A stretch of DNA of 63,015 nucleotides, filler included, from Basidiobolus ranarum (lineage: Eukaryota), in assembly GCA_040143965.1 (NCBI GenBank). It is 6 parts of 6 records of this genome, joined end to end, with 100 filler letters (N's around TTAATTAATTAA, not from the genome) between each part and the next. Parts side by side here need not be neighbours in the genome. Positions count along the whole stretch, not along the records: positions 10,555 to 20,998 come from JASJQH010007581.1; positions 21,099 to 31,518 come from JASJQH010007582.1; 4 more parts are not named here. One strand, given 5' to 3'. This document shows, in pieces, positions 10,455 through 22,265 of the stretch. The first letter of the stretch is position 1, and each line of letters begins with the position of its first letter. Below the pieces are notes generated by a model that saw only the letters and a program-made list of their open reading frames with translations, was not told the origin of the DNA and ran no database searches. A program made the position numbers and the translations under genes.

Positions 10455-10554
10455 NNNNNNNNNNNNNNNNNNNNNNNNNNNNNNNNNNNNNNNNNNNNTT
10501 AATTAATTAANNNNNNNNNNNNNNNNNNNNNNNNNNNNNNNNNNNNNNNNNNNN
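10455..10554. other. Artificial contig spacer (N44-TTAATTAATTAA-N44)
   Basis: 100-nt linker with stop codons in all six frames, identical at five positions. Confidence 0.98.
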
Positions 10555-11208
10555 ATGTTGATAATGATACTCTGCGCTGGCACTATTAGTTTTATACATT
10601 TGTCTTTTGCCCTTACTTCCTGGTCCCCATTGCCTGGATTAATTAGTTTGGGATGCATGTCTGCGCTTTATGCTTCGGTAAGTTGATATTGGATAATTTT
10701 TTGTACAGTCATGGATTCCTTCTCACCTGGGTACTAGTTTTTTTGGCCTACGATTACACTTTTTGTGGAGGAAAGTTACCTCGCAACCGCTTATGCTGTG
10801 GCTACGGCCATTTTAAATACTTTTCTCAGTCTTGCTCCGTTGATCGTGGCTCCGTTAGTTATACAGGACTCCCAGTACGTCTGGGTAGAAACCTTCCTAG
10901 GATCAGTGGTCTGCTCCGGGTTAATTGGCCTGCTTGTTCTTTGGCTAGTGGATTCATGGTGGGGAAGCTGTATTCTTTCCCGAACCATGTGTAGTAGAAA
11001 TCCATTTCAAGATGACCTAGATTTCTCTGATACCGATGACGATTATTATGAGGAAACGGAGGAAGTTTACGGAGATCCTGAGGCCCACGCCGAAAATTCA
11101 CGGCATAGTTGTGATGAAAATCGAATTACAGTTGGAACTTGGCGTAGAGAAAAAGCCCCATTAATTCGTACCGCCGATTTCCCAATCTTCTATGGAACTG
11201 CTTTATAA
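10555..11208 (+). CDS. MFS transporter, MFSD1-like, C-terminal part (5' truncated); exons 10555-10677 and 10738-11208
   Basis: ...HLSFALTSWSPLPGLISLGCMSALYAS, GTAAGT..CTAG intron at 10678-10737 (phase 0), then FFWPTITLFVEESYLATAYAVATAILNTFLSLAPLIVAPL...YVWVETFL. The WP....V....L.TAY......N pattern resembles the last helices of MFSD1, followed by an acidic tail. Confidence 0.7.
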
Positions 11209-12166
11209 ATGAACTCCTATAGAAGAAATCAATTTTGCTTGACAATTCCCTAACACCCAACACCACTTTAAACGAACTTTATAATTTACGTATCGCAGAT
11301 GGTACTCAATGAGGAATCCCTATCTTAATTTAACCATGATTTAATTATATGTCTACTGCTTGTCTGGCAAAGGAAGTCTTTTTTCTTGTCATTAGGGTGG
11401 TATGCAGAGTAATTATCCTATATATTCTTGTTCATTCTTTTTCTCTCCCTTGTAATAAGTCATGTACCTTTCATCACACCTTTCACTCTCCTCACCCGCC
11501 CCAAAAATTTCCCATTGTTTTATATTCACTTGACGATACTACTCATGATAAGAGCCATCCTTTCTTGAAGACTAATAACTAGAGAAGCTTTGCGGCTTCA
11601 GTTTCCATCATAGGTTTTTAATATAAAAGTAAAGATTCCATATTATTGCACTGAAGATCAGTCACCATTCAACCAGAAATGCATTTACCATCCCAGAGAA
11701 AATAGATCTACTTCCATATGGTAGTAAGTAATTTAATGGAACATCCTTTTATTCTTTCCCGGATTAACTTTCACTTATTATCATTTGGATGTTTGAGAAG
11801 GATGAATGATTCCAGATGAATGGTAAGGTAAATTGATCCATATTCATCTGAAACTTCAAATGTTGGTAACTTCCAATCTTCACTTGATGATTGGTTTATG
11901 GGATTTCTCGGTTAGAGGTTCACATAACATCCAGGAAATGTATACCTAGTTTAATATTATATATATCTGTATATTACTATCCATTGTAGAATCCACAAAA
12001 TAATCATGGTGAAATAAAAGTTGTCTTGGATGGTGATCGAACATAGAGGCAATATTGAAGTGGAGCTGGTGATTTCACTGATCAAGAGATCGAATATAGG
12101 GGGTGAGTTCGTGGCTAAGTGAAGGAAATTCAGTGGAGGAGATGGGTGAAATTCGGGTGCAGTGAA

Positions 12167-12847
12167 CTAGGAATGTTCACAGAGCTTCTGGAAGATTGGG
12201 AGTCGACATGCCCTACTATAAGTCGAGATGCGATCTTCAGGGCCGGCAGGGCTTGTCCATTGAAATTCATTACTTTTGGAGAAAGTGGGTGAACAGTGTA
12301 GAGATGGTGAATCAAATATTGTATCATTGGAATTTATCCACCACACATTCATCGAGTCAGTGGTTGGAGTAGACAGGTATTCTGAACAAGAGAAGCTTTC
12401 TAAGCTTTCAGCATCACTAAAGTTACTTTCGGACGGATCGGTATCGGAGGAATTAGAGGAGATGTGAACAAAGCAGCATCGCTGACCATAAGGGCAAGAT
12501 CCCTGTTCCCAAAATGCTTTACAAAGGAGCGTTTTGTATTTCGGATGACGGCTAACTGGACGTAATTCATGTTCTCCGTGAGCAAACTGACATTTTGTAC
12601 CATAACTAATCCATTGGATTAGGTTAGTTCCATAATATTTGGGAGATTTACCCATTTCAACTTACCGACAAGTCGCCGTCTCTCCAAAACTACGACAAAG
12701 TTCGGTCTTATAGAGAACTATCATCTTATTTATACGTCGTCCTTCCTTTTTTCCAGGAGCCGAGTCTTTATGAGGACTTCCTTGGTGCTTTCTCTCTGGA
12801 TGTGATTCCGTTAGTAAGTGTATGTTAGGGATAGTGGTGTTAGCCAA
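12167..12847 (-). CDS. Tandem CCCH zinc-finger mRNA-decay protein (TIS11/ZFP36/Cth-like); intron 12665-12606; 5' end uncertain
   Basis: [26 protein letters not shown]...[29 protein letters not shown] joined across a GTAAG..TTAG intron, with a C-terminal RLPIFQKL resembling the NOT1-binding motif. An in-frame TAA at 12859-12857 leaves the start codon unresolved. Confidence 0.9.
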
Positions 12848-13694
12848 TAAGATCTGTTAGAAACACCTAGGTACCTTTAACTGTGGTCCATTCACATTTA
12901 TGGTTAGTCCAAGTAAGCGAGGCTTCACAACTGAGGCTGTTAGCTGACATGGTTATCCAAAAATATCGAATGCTCAAAGGTTGACAAACCAAGCTGGAAT
13001 GTTTGTACACCAGGGCCATGATGTATATATAGAGAAGCGAAAATATCGCGACTCTGGGAGCAATGATTTAAACTTCCTCTTCAAGGTGTTGATCTTTATT
13101 AAAGACCGTGTTTAATAGAATTAACTTTCCAGAAGGGGTAATGTTTCCTTACAATATCATACAATTGCGCATGGTGAATACTCATCTTTCGCATAACTTT
13201 GAATGGCAGAAGAGAATTGTATCATCCTTGATCAATATGATTTCCATTAATCAAAGCTGAAACAGGATTCCTTTTAGTTAGTCTTTTGCAACCGGTAGAC
13301 TATCATTCCACTGGGTCCCAATTAAACAAATCTTGATCTGGAACTTTTGGCAAGTAGATAAGCTACTTTGATCAGGTTCATGGGTGCATTGTAAGATCAG
13401 TGAATCCCATCAAGATCTCTAATATTCGTCCAATCTGACATCCATGTGATGACTGGCTAATTTGGATGATTGCTTACTATAATCACGATTGTCTGAATTA
13501 AATGTTAATGGAGTCTACCTGGGATAACCATAAATCTTTTAAAAAGGAAGTAATCACATCCATCAGACAAGCTAATCATCTTATCACCCACCTAAAGTCA
13601 TTTAAACTTGAGAAATGATTTTACACTGATTTCTGTTGAAAAGAAGTGCTATATATAACGAAGATGTTGTTGCGTGCGTTATGCTGCTTATGCC

Positions 13695-14112
13695 TGTTAG
13701 GTATACCCTAACGTAGCCCATTTACAGTCTTCTCTTCTTTTCTCCTGGTTATCATTTTGTCATGAACATCGAGAAAATCAATCAGTATACCTATACTAGC
13801 TCGAGAGTTGCTTTAGTGCCTTTCACCCCCGAAGGAAAAGAGCCCTCTTTATCTGCTATTGTTGTACCTCTTTATTTTTGGAGATGTATAGGTGATAATA
13901 CTAAGATACTCTAATAATGCCTTCCTCTGGTATCGCTTCCCTCATCAAGTATATGTATATATAGCGTACAAGAACGTATGGCTGAACCGTGGTGTAGGAA
14001 TAGCCAAGTGTATACATATATAGATAATTAAGGAATGCGCGCTATTCGGCTCATCGGCTGCTATTCCGTTGAGAGATAGAGATGTACATGACGTTAGGCC
14101 GCCAGCCAAACA
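13695..14112 (-). mobile_element. Possible solo LTR or TIR-bounded element of a second family
   Basis: Bounded by TGTTAGG..CCTAACGT and ACGTTAGG..CCAAACA (imperfect terminal inverted repeats, TG..CA), with minus-strand AATAAA and TATA-like runs inside. No TSD and no second copy in the window. Confidence 0.35.
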
Positions 14113-15277
14113 TCAGTGATGGGCTTAATTAACACTGTTCATTCTCTACACTCTCAGAATTTTAGAATAACCAGATAGTACAGTGGTTACAGCTAGATTT
14201 TCTTAAATAGAAGGCAACCTTTGAGTCTGAGAATTTTGTACTGCCCAACTGTGACAATACAATTGGCTGTTCTTGATGAGGATGATCGGACTTTGGACTG
14301 ACATCTATTTTTGGAAGTGATTCGAACTTAATCTACTGTTGTGCTGGTTTTCAATCTCAATCAATCTCACCTTATATCATATTAACTATTGAATTTGGTA
14401 GCTTCGGCTAAAAATCGGAAACTATTCTTACAAGGTATGGAGAGTCCAGATGACTCGGAAAGGGTTAAATCGGAATAATTCATTGATCTATGGGCGGAGT
14501 TTATGAATTCGTATATCGCAGCTTCTTATTGTATTCCCCATGGTCAACCCTAACCCTAATCCTCACCTCTCACACGTTTCCAATTTGTAACATTCACCGA
14601 AAATGGATTCAGTGGCTTTAACTGATAGTTTAACCATTTATGGGAATCAAGGATTCTATTAAGAAAGCCAAATTGTAATTTCGATAATTGTGTGAATGTC
14701 GTAGATGTTCTCAGTGGGTATTGTGAAAAATTACTGACCCAAGACTGCAATATCCAATTGCTAACAGAGTTCTATCTAGGAGCACAGAAAAGTATCCATA
14801 TCTAGGTTGTATGATGTATAAAGAAACATCACTGGTTGAATGTTGTACTCATAATACGCTATGATGTTAGTGCGCCAGTTATACTCATCAACATAGCGAA
14901 GTTGTAATTGCTATAACAGGTTCTAATAATCTAGTTCCAAGAGAGAGGGAGTTTACTAATGAGGCCATATAATATATAGCCGCCCAAATGAGTAGGAAGG
15001 CTGGAAACTTCTTTTATAGTGACCATTGATGCCTTGACAACGGAGGCCTAAATTCTGAAATGTATTTACGATTTCCATTAATATCCTGGTTCTATTAGGT
15101 TCTTTCGATCTCTGTGAACCAAGTTACTTAGGGTTAATCCCTTCTATGGAGCTGATTGGCTTATAATAGGGGATGGCTGATTTCCTTTGAATATCAGAAT
15201 GTAATAAATAGTTCGGCTCGTTGATCGATGAAGCACCAAGTTCAGCTCACACTCATATCTTCACTACAGTAGTAATC

Positions 15278-16630
15278 ATGTCCAAGTTCCAAGAAATCAA
15301 ATCACAACTCGCCCTCTCCCCTGAAGGCATCAAAGATGTCGTGGCTGATATCATGGAGGATTTGCAAGAAGGTCTCGATTCTACTGATCCCTCTATCATT
15401 GGGCAGATTCCCTCCTATGTCACCGCTCTTCCTACTGGTAAAGAAACTGGTACCTATCTGGCTATCGACCTCGGAGGTACCAACTTGCGTACTGCTGCTG
15501 TCACCCTCCTAGGTGATGGTCAAGTTGGAGTCAATATGAAGAAATATGCCATCTCCAAGGACATTCGCACTGGTACTGGTGATAAGCTTTTTGATTGGAT
15601 TGCTGATTGTACTGCTGAGCTTCTAAATGATGCTACTCTTAATATTGGTACCGCTAATTTACATATGGGTGTTACCTTCTCTTTTGCTCTTGATCAAACT
15701 GCTGTCGATCGCGGTATAGTTGCTAAGATGGGTAAAGGATTTGATCTCACTGGCGTTACTGGTAACGATCTGAAGGATCTCCTTGAATCAGGCTTCAAAC
15801 GCAAGGGTATCAACAATATCATCGTCTCAGCCATTATTAACGATACTGTAGGTACCCTTGTCTCCCATGCTTATGCCTCTCCTACCACTAGAGTTGGCCT
15901 CATTCTCGCTACTGGTACCAATGCCGCATATCTCGAATCTGGCGATAAGATTGCCAAATATAACGGACCAGCGGTTGAGAAAATGATTCTTAATACCGAG
16001 TATAGTGTCATGGGTAAGAGATTACCTATTACCAAATACGACAAGGCTCTTGATGATGCGACCGTTATTCCAGGTTTCCAACGTCTTGAAAAGATGGTAT
16101 CCGGTATGTATATGGGTGAAGTTGCTCGTCTTATCTTTGTTGACCTATGTGAAAATGGGGAACTATTCAATGGTAAACTTCCCCAGAACCTTGAGAAGCC
16201 TTATGAATTCAAGACTCTCTTTATGTCTACTATTGAAAGTGATCCTAGTGAAAATCACGAGAATATCTCCGCTTTATTTGCCAAGCACTTCCCTACTGAG
16301 GAACCTCTTACTGTTGAAGATAGTAGTAAGATCCACCAAATCTGCAAATTGATCGCTACCCGTTCAGCCAATATTGTTGGTGCTGCCGTTTCAGCTTTAC
16401 TTCTTCAAGCCAATGGCAAAACCGTATTTTTAGATGGTGATGAAGTAACCACTGTTGGTATTGACGGATCTGTCTATGAATTTTATCCATACTTTTCTCA
16501 ACGTATTCACCGTTCTATCGAGCTCTGTTTGGGCAAGGAGCGCGCAGATAATGTTAAGTTAGAATTGGCTCGTGATGGTGGTTGTATTGGTGCTGCTCTT
16601 ATTGCTATGGTTGCCTCTACTAAACAATAG
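15278..16630 (+). CDS. Hexokinase-family sugar kinase, atypical (MGKGF type), 450 aa
   Basis: LAIDLGGTNLR, TFSF, INDTVGT, ILATGTNAAY, EKMVSGMYMGE, IDGSVYEFYP, DGGCIGAA. Intronless. First ATG at 15278. Confidence 0.95.
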   Translation: MSKFQEIKSQLALSPEGIKDVVADIMEDLQEGLDSTDPSIIGQIPSYVTALPTGKETGTYLAIDLGGTNLRTAAVTLLGDGQVGVNMKKYAISKDIRTGTGDKLFDWIADCTAELLNDATLNIGTANLHMGVTFSFALDQTAVDRGIVAKMGKGFDLTGVTGNDLKDLLESGFKRKGINNIIVSAIINDTVGTLVSHAYASPTTRVGLILATGTNAAYLESGDKIAKYNGPAVEKMILNTEYSVMGKRLPITKYDKALDDATVIPGFQRLEKMVSGMYMGEVARLIFVDLCENGELFNGKLPQNLEKPYEFKTLFMSTIESDPSENHENISALFAKHFPTEEPLTVEDSSKIHQICKLIATRSANIVGAAVSALLLQANGKTVFLDGDEVTTVGIDGSVYEFYPYFSQRIHRSIELCLGKERADNVKLELARDGGCIGAALIAMVASTKQ

Positions 16631-19309
16631 ATAATATCATGCCAATCCGGAATCTCCATTCAGGCAGATTCTAAAAATTTATAGGTCAAGTCACAGCTGT
16701 AAATAACCTATTTTGTTTGCCATGGATCATTTTGATCCAATAAAATTCTTGAAATCTCTGGGATTTATCATATAATATTTATTTACCAACAAATTCCTCC
16801 AAACCAACTTCTTTAAATAAGACTTGATTAGTTAAACTCTTATGTAAGTGAAATTAGTATGTACGTTTGTCCATGAAATGCGAATGATTTTCGTATTTTT
16901 ATCAAGATATTATGTGTATAATTCTAGATTAATGAGTAATTTAATCTGGATGATGGAAATCATACTTGACGCTTATCTCAGTTATTAGAAATGATGATAA
17001 CTACATCCATTTGTGACGGGTTTATCTGGATGAATGGTTGTCTTACGGGAACCATGATGAATTATACCAACTTTCTTTTCATACTAATTCTGCTAGTATT
17101 TCTCTTCAATTGCTTCTACGTTACGTGACCCTCTGGTATTCTGACGACTGATTGCTTAGTGTTACTATTTTATCGTTAGCTAGGATCCTTCAGTTGGTAG
17201 CTCTTTGAATCAAGGAATACGTGTCACTATATCTAAATATATTATGAGCGGACACACCAGTTCACTGAAACGTTCAGGTTTCAGTTGTACTGTTGTCATA
17301 TTTTGCAGAGTAATGTTCGATAGAAGAATTGCCACTGTTTCGTATATCAACTACCATAAAATAGTCAATTTGTACCCAAAAGTAAAAAAAAGAATGAATA
17401 CAGTCTGGCCAGATTACTAACATGTTGATTTTCTACATTTTATATAGAATTTCATTAAATTAGCTATTGAATGAATGAACTCTAGATGACTTGCAGTTCT
17501 ATTATGTCACACTCGATTATTGAAGTGATGAATCTTTCGATTGCACCATGAATCAATGCTTTCTACTCAGCAGTACTTTGGTGACTAAATGTACTCATTT
17601 CAACAGAGTTTAGATTTCCGTGAATCCATAGCGCGCAGTATTAGTTCTGCTGGTACAACAGCATCAAAATATGTATTATTATGGGGACTTGTATTTAAGA
17701 AGACTGTTTCTATGAGAAATAGTTTCATGATAAGATATTAGCACATCTATTCATACACAAATTTGAGTGTAACAATGTGAGAAGTGGTGCATGAATACAT
17801 TTCATTCCATCAGCCTAGCATCAGTTTGTTAAATTTATAGAGTAACTACCAAAAGAAGAAACTTGACATGCATATTCTCATTCCTGGTGGAATAGTATTC
17901 AGCCTTCATATACTGAACATTAGCATCTGAACAACTGAACATATTAAACACAATCCCGGTGTTCATATAGCAAGCTACTTAGTGTGATTTTCACTTGACA
18001 GAAAGTGCTCATACCATCATACGGTCTAGAATTCCATATTGCCGATGGATCTCCTGCGGCATATATACTTATTATATCACTAACATTCTTTAGCTGCACA
18101 TTCATAAAAGGGAGAGCACCGAATCTTTCCAACAGCCTTTTAAGTTGTGCTACATAAGGGGAAATGTATAACACTAACAAGCATCCGACTTGTATAAATT
18201 AAGTAAATGTGGTTCAGTGGAGACTACAAATTTAACTGCATTGAGTCAATTAGCGTACACATCAAGGGGGTAGATTAAAGATATCCGAGAGATACAGAGT
18301 GCACAAACGGGGTTAATAATAAGCAAATCTAAAACCAAAATTTCACATCCAATACATGTGATAATCAATACGTAATGAAGAATCCCAGAATTGCACTGAT
18401 AACATGGTGTCATTGCTATTCCAAGAAATATTTGCAGTCGTCATGGACATTACGTTATCCATCGGAGCCAAAATAGTCAGCTGTACTGTTCCCTCCTTGA
18501 CATAACCATTTCAACAGAAGATGATGGATTGATCGAAGCTGACCGAAGATCCATCTCAAAAATGGAGAACTATGTCAAAAGGTCGATGATGTAGCTCGCG
18601 CGTTTTGCCAGCTATACAACTGATAAGTGCCGTATTTGTTACAAAATGACATATTCTTGGATTATCATTCATCCGAAGTAGAGTTACACCATTGTGAATC
18701 TACTTGGCTAAAATTGGTGTCGCTGGTATCAGTTGGGTCTTGTTTCTAACAATAAGTGACCGCTCGATTTGAGACCGCTAGACAATCCAAGGCATTCAAA
18801 GTACACTGGTATCTTCAACTTCTTACTTAGCGTACGATACAATGTCACCTGAAGTGAATCTTGTCGTCATTACCGATAGATAATCTCAGGCATTGCTTAC
18901 CACATACTTCCATGTAGTCACGCAGCATGGCTATACTAATTCGCTCTATAAAGTTAGATCTTTACCTGAAGGGCATTTGAAACGGAGATTCTAAAACTGT
19001 CCTTGAAATTGCATGCAGTACGACGAGTGAATTGAAACCTGCTATGTGAATTTGGAATTCAAGGATAAACTATCACCTGAGACAACATCAGATCAGCCTG
19101 ACTCATGATTGTTACACTCAACACCAGACACACACTTCATTCCGGAGCGAGCATGATTATTACGGGAGCTATTTAAGCTACATCAGGTATCTAATGGTTA
19201 TTTAGTTTTTGTTTGGGTGAGCACCTTAGGTTGAGAATTCTTTTCTTGAGCTTATTCTGCAAATACCTGATATCTCTACTTGCTCTATAATTCTGCATTG
19301 TTCGTCCCA

Positions 19310-19759
19310 ATGGCCTTGTCAAGCGCTTCTCGTTACGATGTATGGGTTCCTATCCCTGAAAGAATGATACAGTCGGCGACACATTATCTAAATACTCTAC
19401 CAGTAAAGCGGTCCACTCGTACAGATCTTTTTCAATTTGTAAAGCGTCTAGTTTATAGAGGAAAGGTGTCAATGGTTGTCTTAGCTTCATCGTTAGTGTA
19501 TCTCGAGCGATTGACTACCATCCGCAAGTTAAACGCATTCAAAATCAATTCATTAGAGCTTGCCTTTCTGGTTGCCATTTTATTGGCCAGTAAGTTCCAT
19601 GAAGATAGGGCTCTTTCCGTGTTCAAAGTTGTAAATATCGCGCGTGACGAATGGACCACCTCCGAGGTTAGCATGATGGAACGCGAGTTTCTTCATCATT
19701 TAAACTACAATCTTTGGCTTGAGATGGAGGAATTAAAAAAGTTCATTACCACTGAGTAG
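19310..19759 (+). CDS. Pho80/Pcl-type cyclin (149 aa)
   Basis: Cyclin box: LFQFVKRLVYRGKVSMVVLASSLVYLERL...FLVAILLASKFHEDR...EVSMMEREFLHHLNYNL. Confidence 0.88.
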   Translation: MALSSASRYDVWVPIPERMIQSATHYLNTLPVKRSTRTDLFQFVKRLVYRGKVSMVVLASSLVYLERLTTIRKLNAFKINSLELAFLVAILLASKFHEDRALSVFKVVNIARDEWTTSEVSMMEREFLHHLNYNLWLEMEELKKFITTE

Positions 19760-20567
19760 ATTTCTTAGTTTAAATGAATACACATGTAAATAGCCTTCAC
19801 TCAATTAATCCATGCATGATTCTAACGAATAGCCCTCCTATTTTCTGCTTAATATTATGCATCAACTTGATGATCATTCATATCAATTGTACATTGACCT
19901 TCATTTTCTCATGATGACTTCAATAAATATTTCTCCGTTCCGGAATCTCTTACATCATGTGATATTTCTCTGACACCTTCCAGAATAGTTTATTTCCCTA
20001 CGTCATACATATATTATGGTGATTTTCATGCACATATGAATATTGAACTAATCTTGTGACTGGATTCGAGGAATACTTTCACCTTTACTTTATACCCAAT
20101 AAACTAGCATGAGGAATGTAGAGATCTAACAAGTTCATCGTCTTAACTTTTAATAATCTATTTTTTTGATGGTTTTTGAAGATTTCCCTTGATCACGAAA
20201 TTGGCTAAATTCCATCCACATCCAGTTTATATTGCTTCTCTAGCCCAAATGGTATTTTTTAGGTAGCAACACCACCCAAAAGTTATCCCAAACTCGAAGA
20301 ATTTGGAGAACCATATGTTCTTAAATCCATCTTTTCAGTAGCATATGTAGGTATGTAGGAATAGTCAGTACACGCCCAAGGGTATATTTTTATTACGGCA
20401 AAGGACTTAAAGGGATATAAATTATAAGCAGCTCTCTTATAGCTAACCATTTTCACTCATACTTTGAATAACTTGATATATATATTGTAATTTTGAGAGA
20501 TATAGAAAGAGATCATGAAACACAGGGTATATACTCAACAGCAAAGTCAGTACGTAAAATCATTTAA

Positions 20568-20750
20568 GACCTTCCCTAGTACATTCGGTATGTTTGTTTG
20601 ATTATATCTTGAACAAACTATCAAAGTAAGCTTTTAACTCAATCAATCAACAAGTGAAAACCACCAATTTCTTTAATTCTCCCAACCACCTTCAACAGGC
20701 TCCCAAAGTAACTTCACAGGTTGGGAGCCCCAAGCTTGCACCCACTCTGG
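20568..20750 (+). mobile_element. 3' part of a Copia-family LTR followed by a PBS
   Basis: Family LTR end ...ACCACCAATTTC...GGCTCCCAAAGTAACTTCACA (ends 20718), then GGTTGGGAGCCCCAAGCTTGCAC, which matches the post-LTR sequence of the element at 44776. Confidence 0.7.
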
Positions 20751-20998
20751 TGTCCATCAATCAAACCTTAGGTTTGATAATTAATCTTTATTCAACATCA
20801 TAGTTAACTTTGGTTATGATACATATATCAGAAACAGAAAGCAACATATCTATAGCCCCTATATTCCAAATAGGAATATCTCTATATCTATATAACAAGT
20901 ATGTGTTATTACCTCCACTTATCTATTATATCCTATTACACCAAATCCTGAATATCTCAAACAATTGATTTACTTTTCTACTATATAAGTCACCATAT

Positions 20999-21098
20999 NN
21001 NNNNNNNNNNNNNNNNNNNNNNNNNNNNNNNNNNNNNNNNNNTTAATTAATTAANNNNNNNNNNNNNNNNNNNNNNNNNNNNNNNNNNNNNNNNNNNN
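20999..21098. other. Artificial contig spacer
   Basis: N44-TTAATTAATTAA-N44. Confidence 0.98.
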
Positions 21099-21719
21099 GC
21101 TATTCCCAAGACATATATTAGTTAGATCTGCTCTGCTTATATATCCTGCTTAAACAGTTCTAAGATTTGGCACTTAACTGTTTCTTTGGTTCAGTAAAGT
21201 TCAAGACTTCTTATCCACTTTTCTCTTGGACACAACAGCAATGGCATATAGCCAGAATGTCTCCATCTTGGAAAAATGACAAACATGAGAGTGTGCTCAT
21301 CAAATGTTGAATTCTGTTTGAGCAGCCAATACAACTTATCAAGGGAGATATCAGTCTTCATACAATAGCAGAAAATTCTAAAAAAGAGTAGCTTAAATGT
21401 CAAACTATGCTTAAAAAAAAAGTATTTTGTTATGGACTGTGTTTATTGTCATAAAACAAGTACAAAGGTTTTATAAAGATTCTTAACCCACAATCAATGG
21501 ACAATCTATTGGATTGATGGATTGGGTGAGCTTAAAATAAGCTTTTCTTAGTTGAAAGTCAACTTTCCTCCTTTATTGTGATAGGTTTTCAATGGCAAAT
21601 TAGGATCAAGTGAGAATTTTACCAACTTTTTTCTGGTTTTTAACTTGCATGCCTCACAAGGAATATGTCCTACAATAGATCTCCTGTATTCCATTTGTTT
21701 TCCTCAATTTACAGTAGTT

Positions 21720-21825
21720 TAAATTCATAGCTCCTACCAAATATGCCATCTCTGGTTGTGTTCCAAGAATGAAATACATCAAACTGCCACCATAGATTGA
21801 TAAGGGACTTCTAACTTTCATTTTC
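21720..21825 (-). mobile_element. Ty1/Copia reverse transcriptase remnant
   Basis: EVPYQSM/GSLMYFILGTQPEMAYLVG (frameshifted) matches the Copia RT C-terminal motif PY...VGSLMY....TRPDIAYAV. Confidence 0.7.
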
Positions 21826-22265
21826 AACACTAGGACAAACACTTACTCTTAATGCAATAATAATAATAAAGTGCGTATCATATATTGCTTGAATCATTCT
21901 GAACACTATCGATTCATCACAAATACACACAACACATAAGTCATTTTAGAACGTAAGTTAACACGATCAGATACTTACGTTGATTAAGTGGTAATTGGAT
22001 AGTTCATGCAACTTGAAATATTGTTAAACAACACCAGCTTATAATTCACAACAAGAATATTCTCCTCTTTGTAAAGCTGCTCTCAACTAGGCAATGAGGA
22101 GATATCTTTGGCAACAATAGAGAATAGCATATTTCATATTTATGCAAAGTTCATCTTGCCATTGGTATTGGCACCACAAGCTGAGGTTTAAAAGTATTTA
22201 TTAAAAGAGATTATATAATGATCGCTAATACGGGATTTACTATTAGCTACATTGGGAGTGTCTAC

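Noticed and set aside
10499-10510. Regularly spaced TTAATTAATTAA palindrome as a biological repeat or CRISPR-like array
   Set aside because: It is always embedded in N runs and is an assembly linker.
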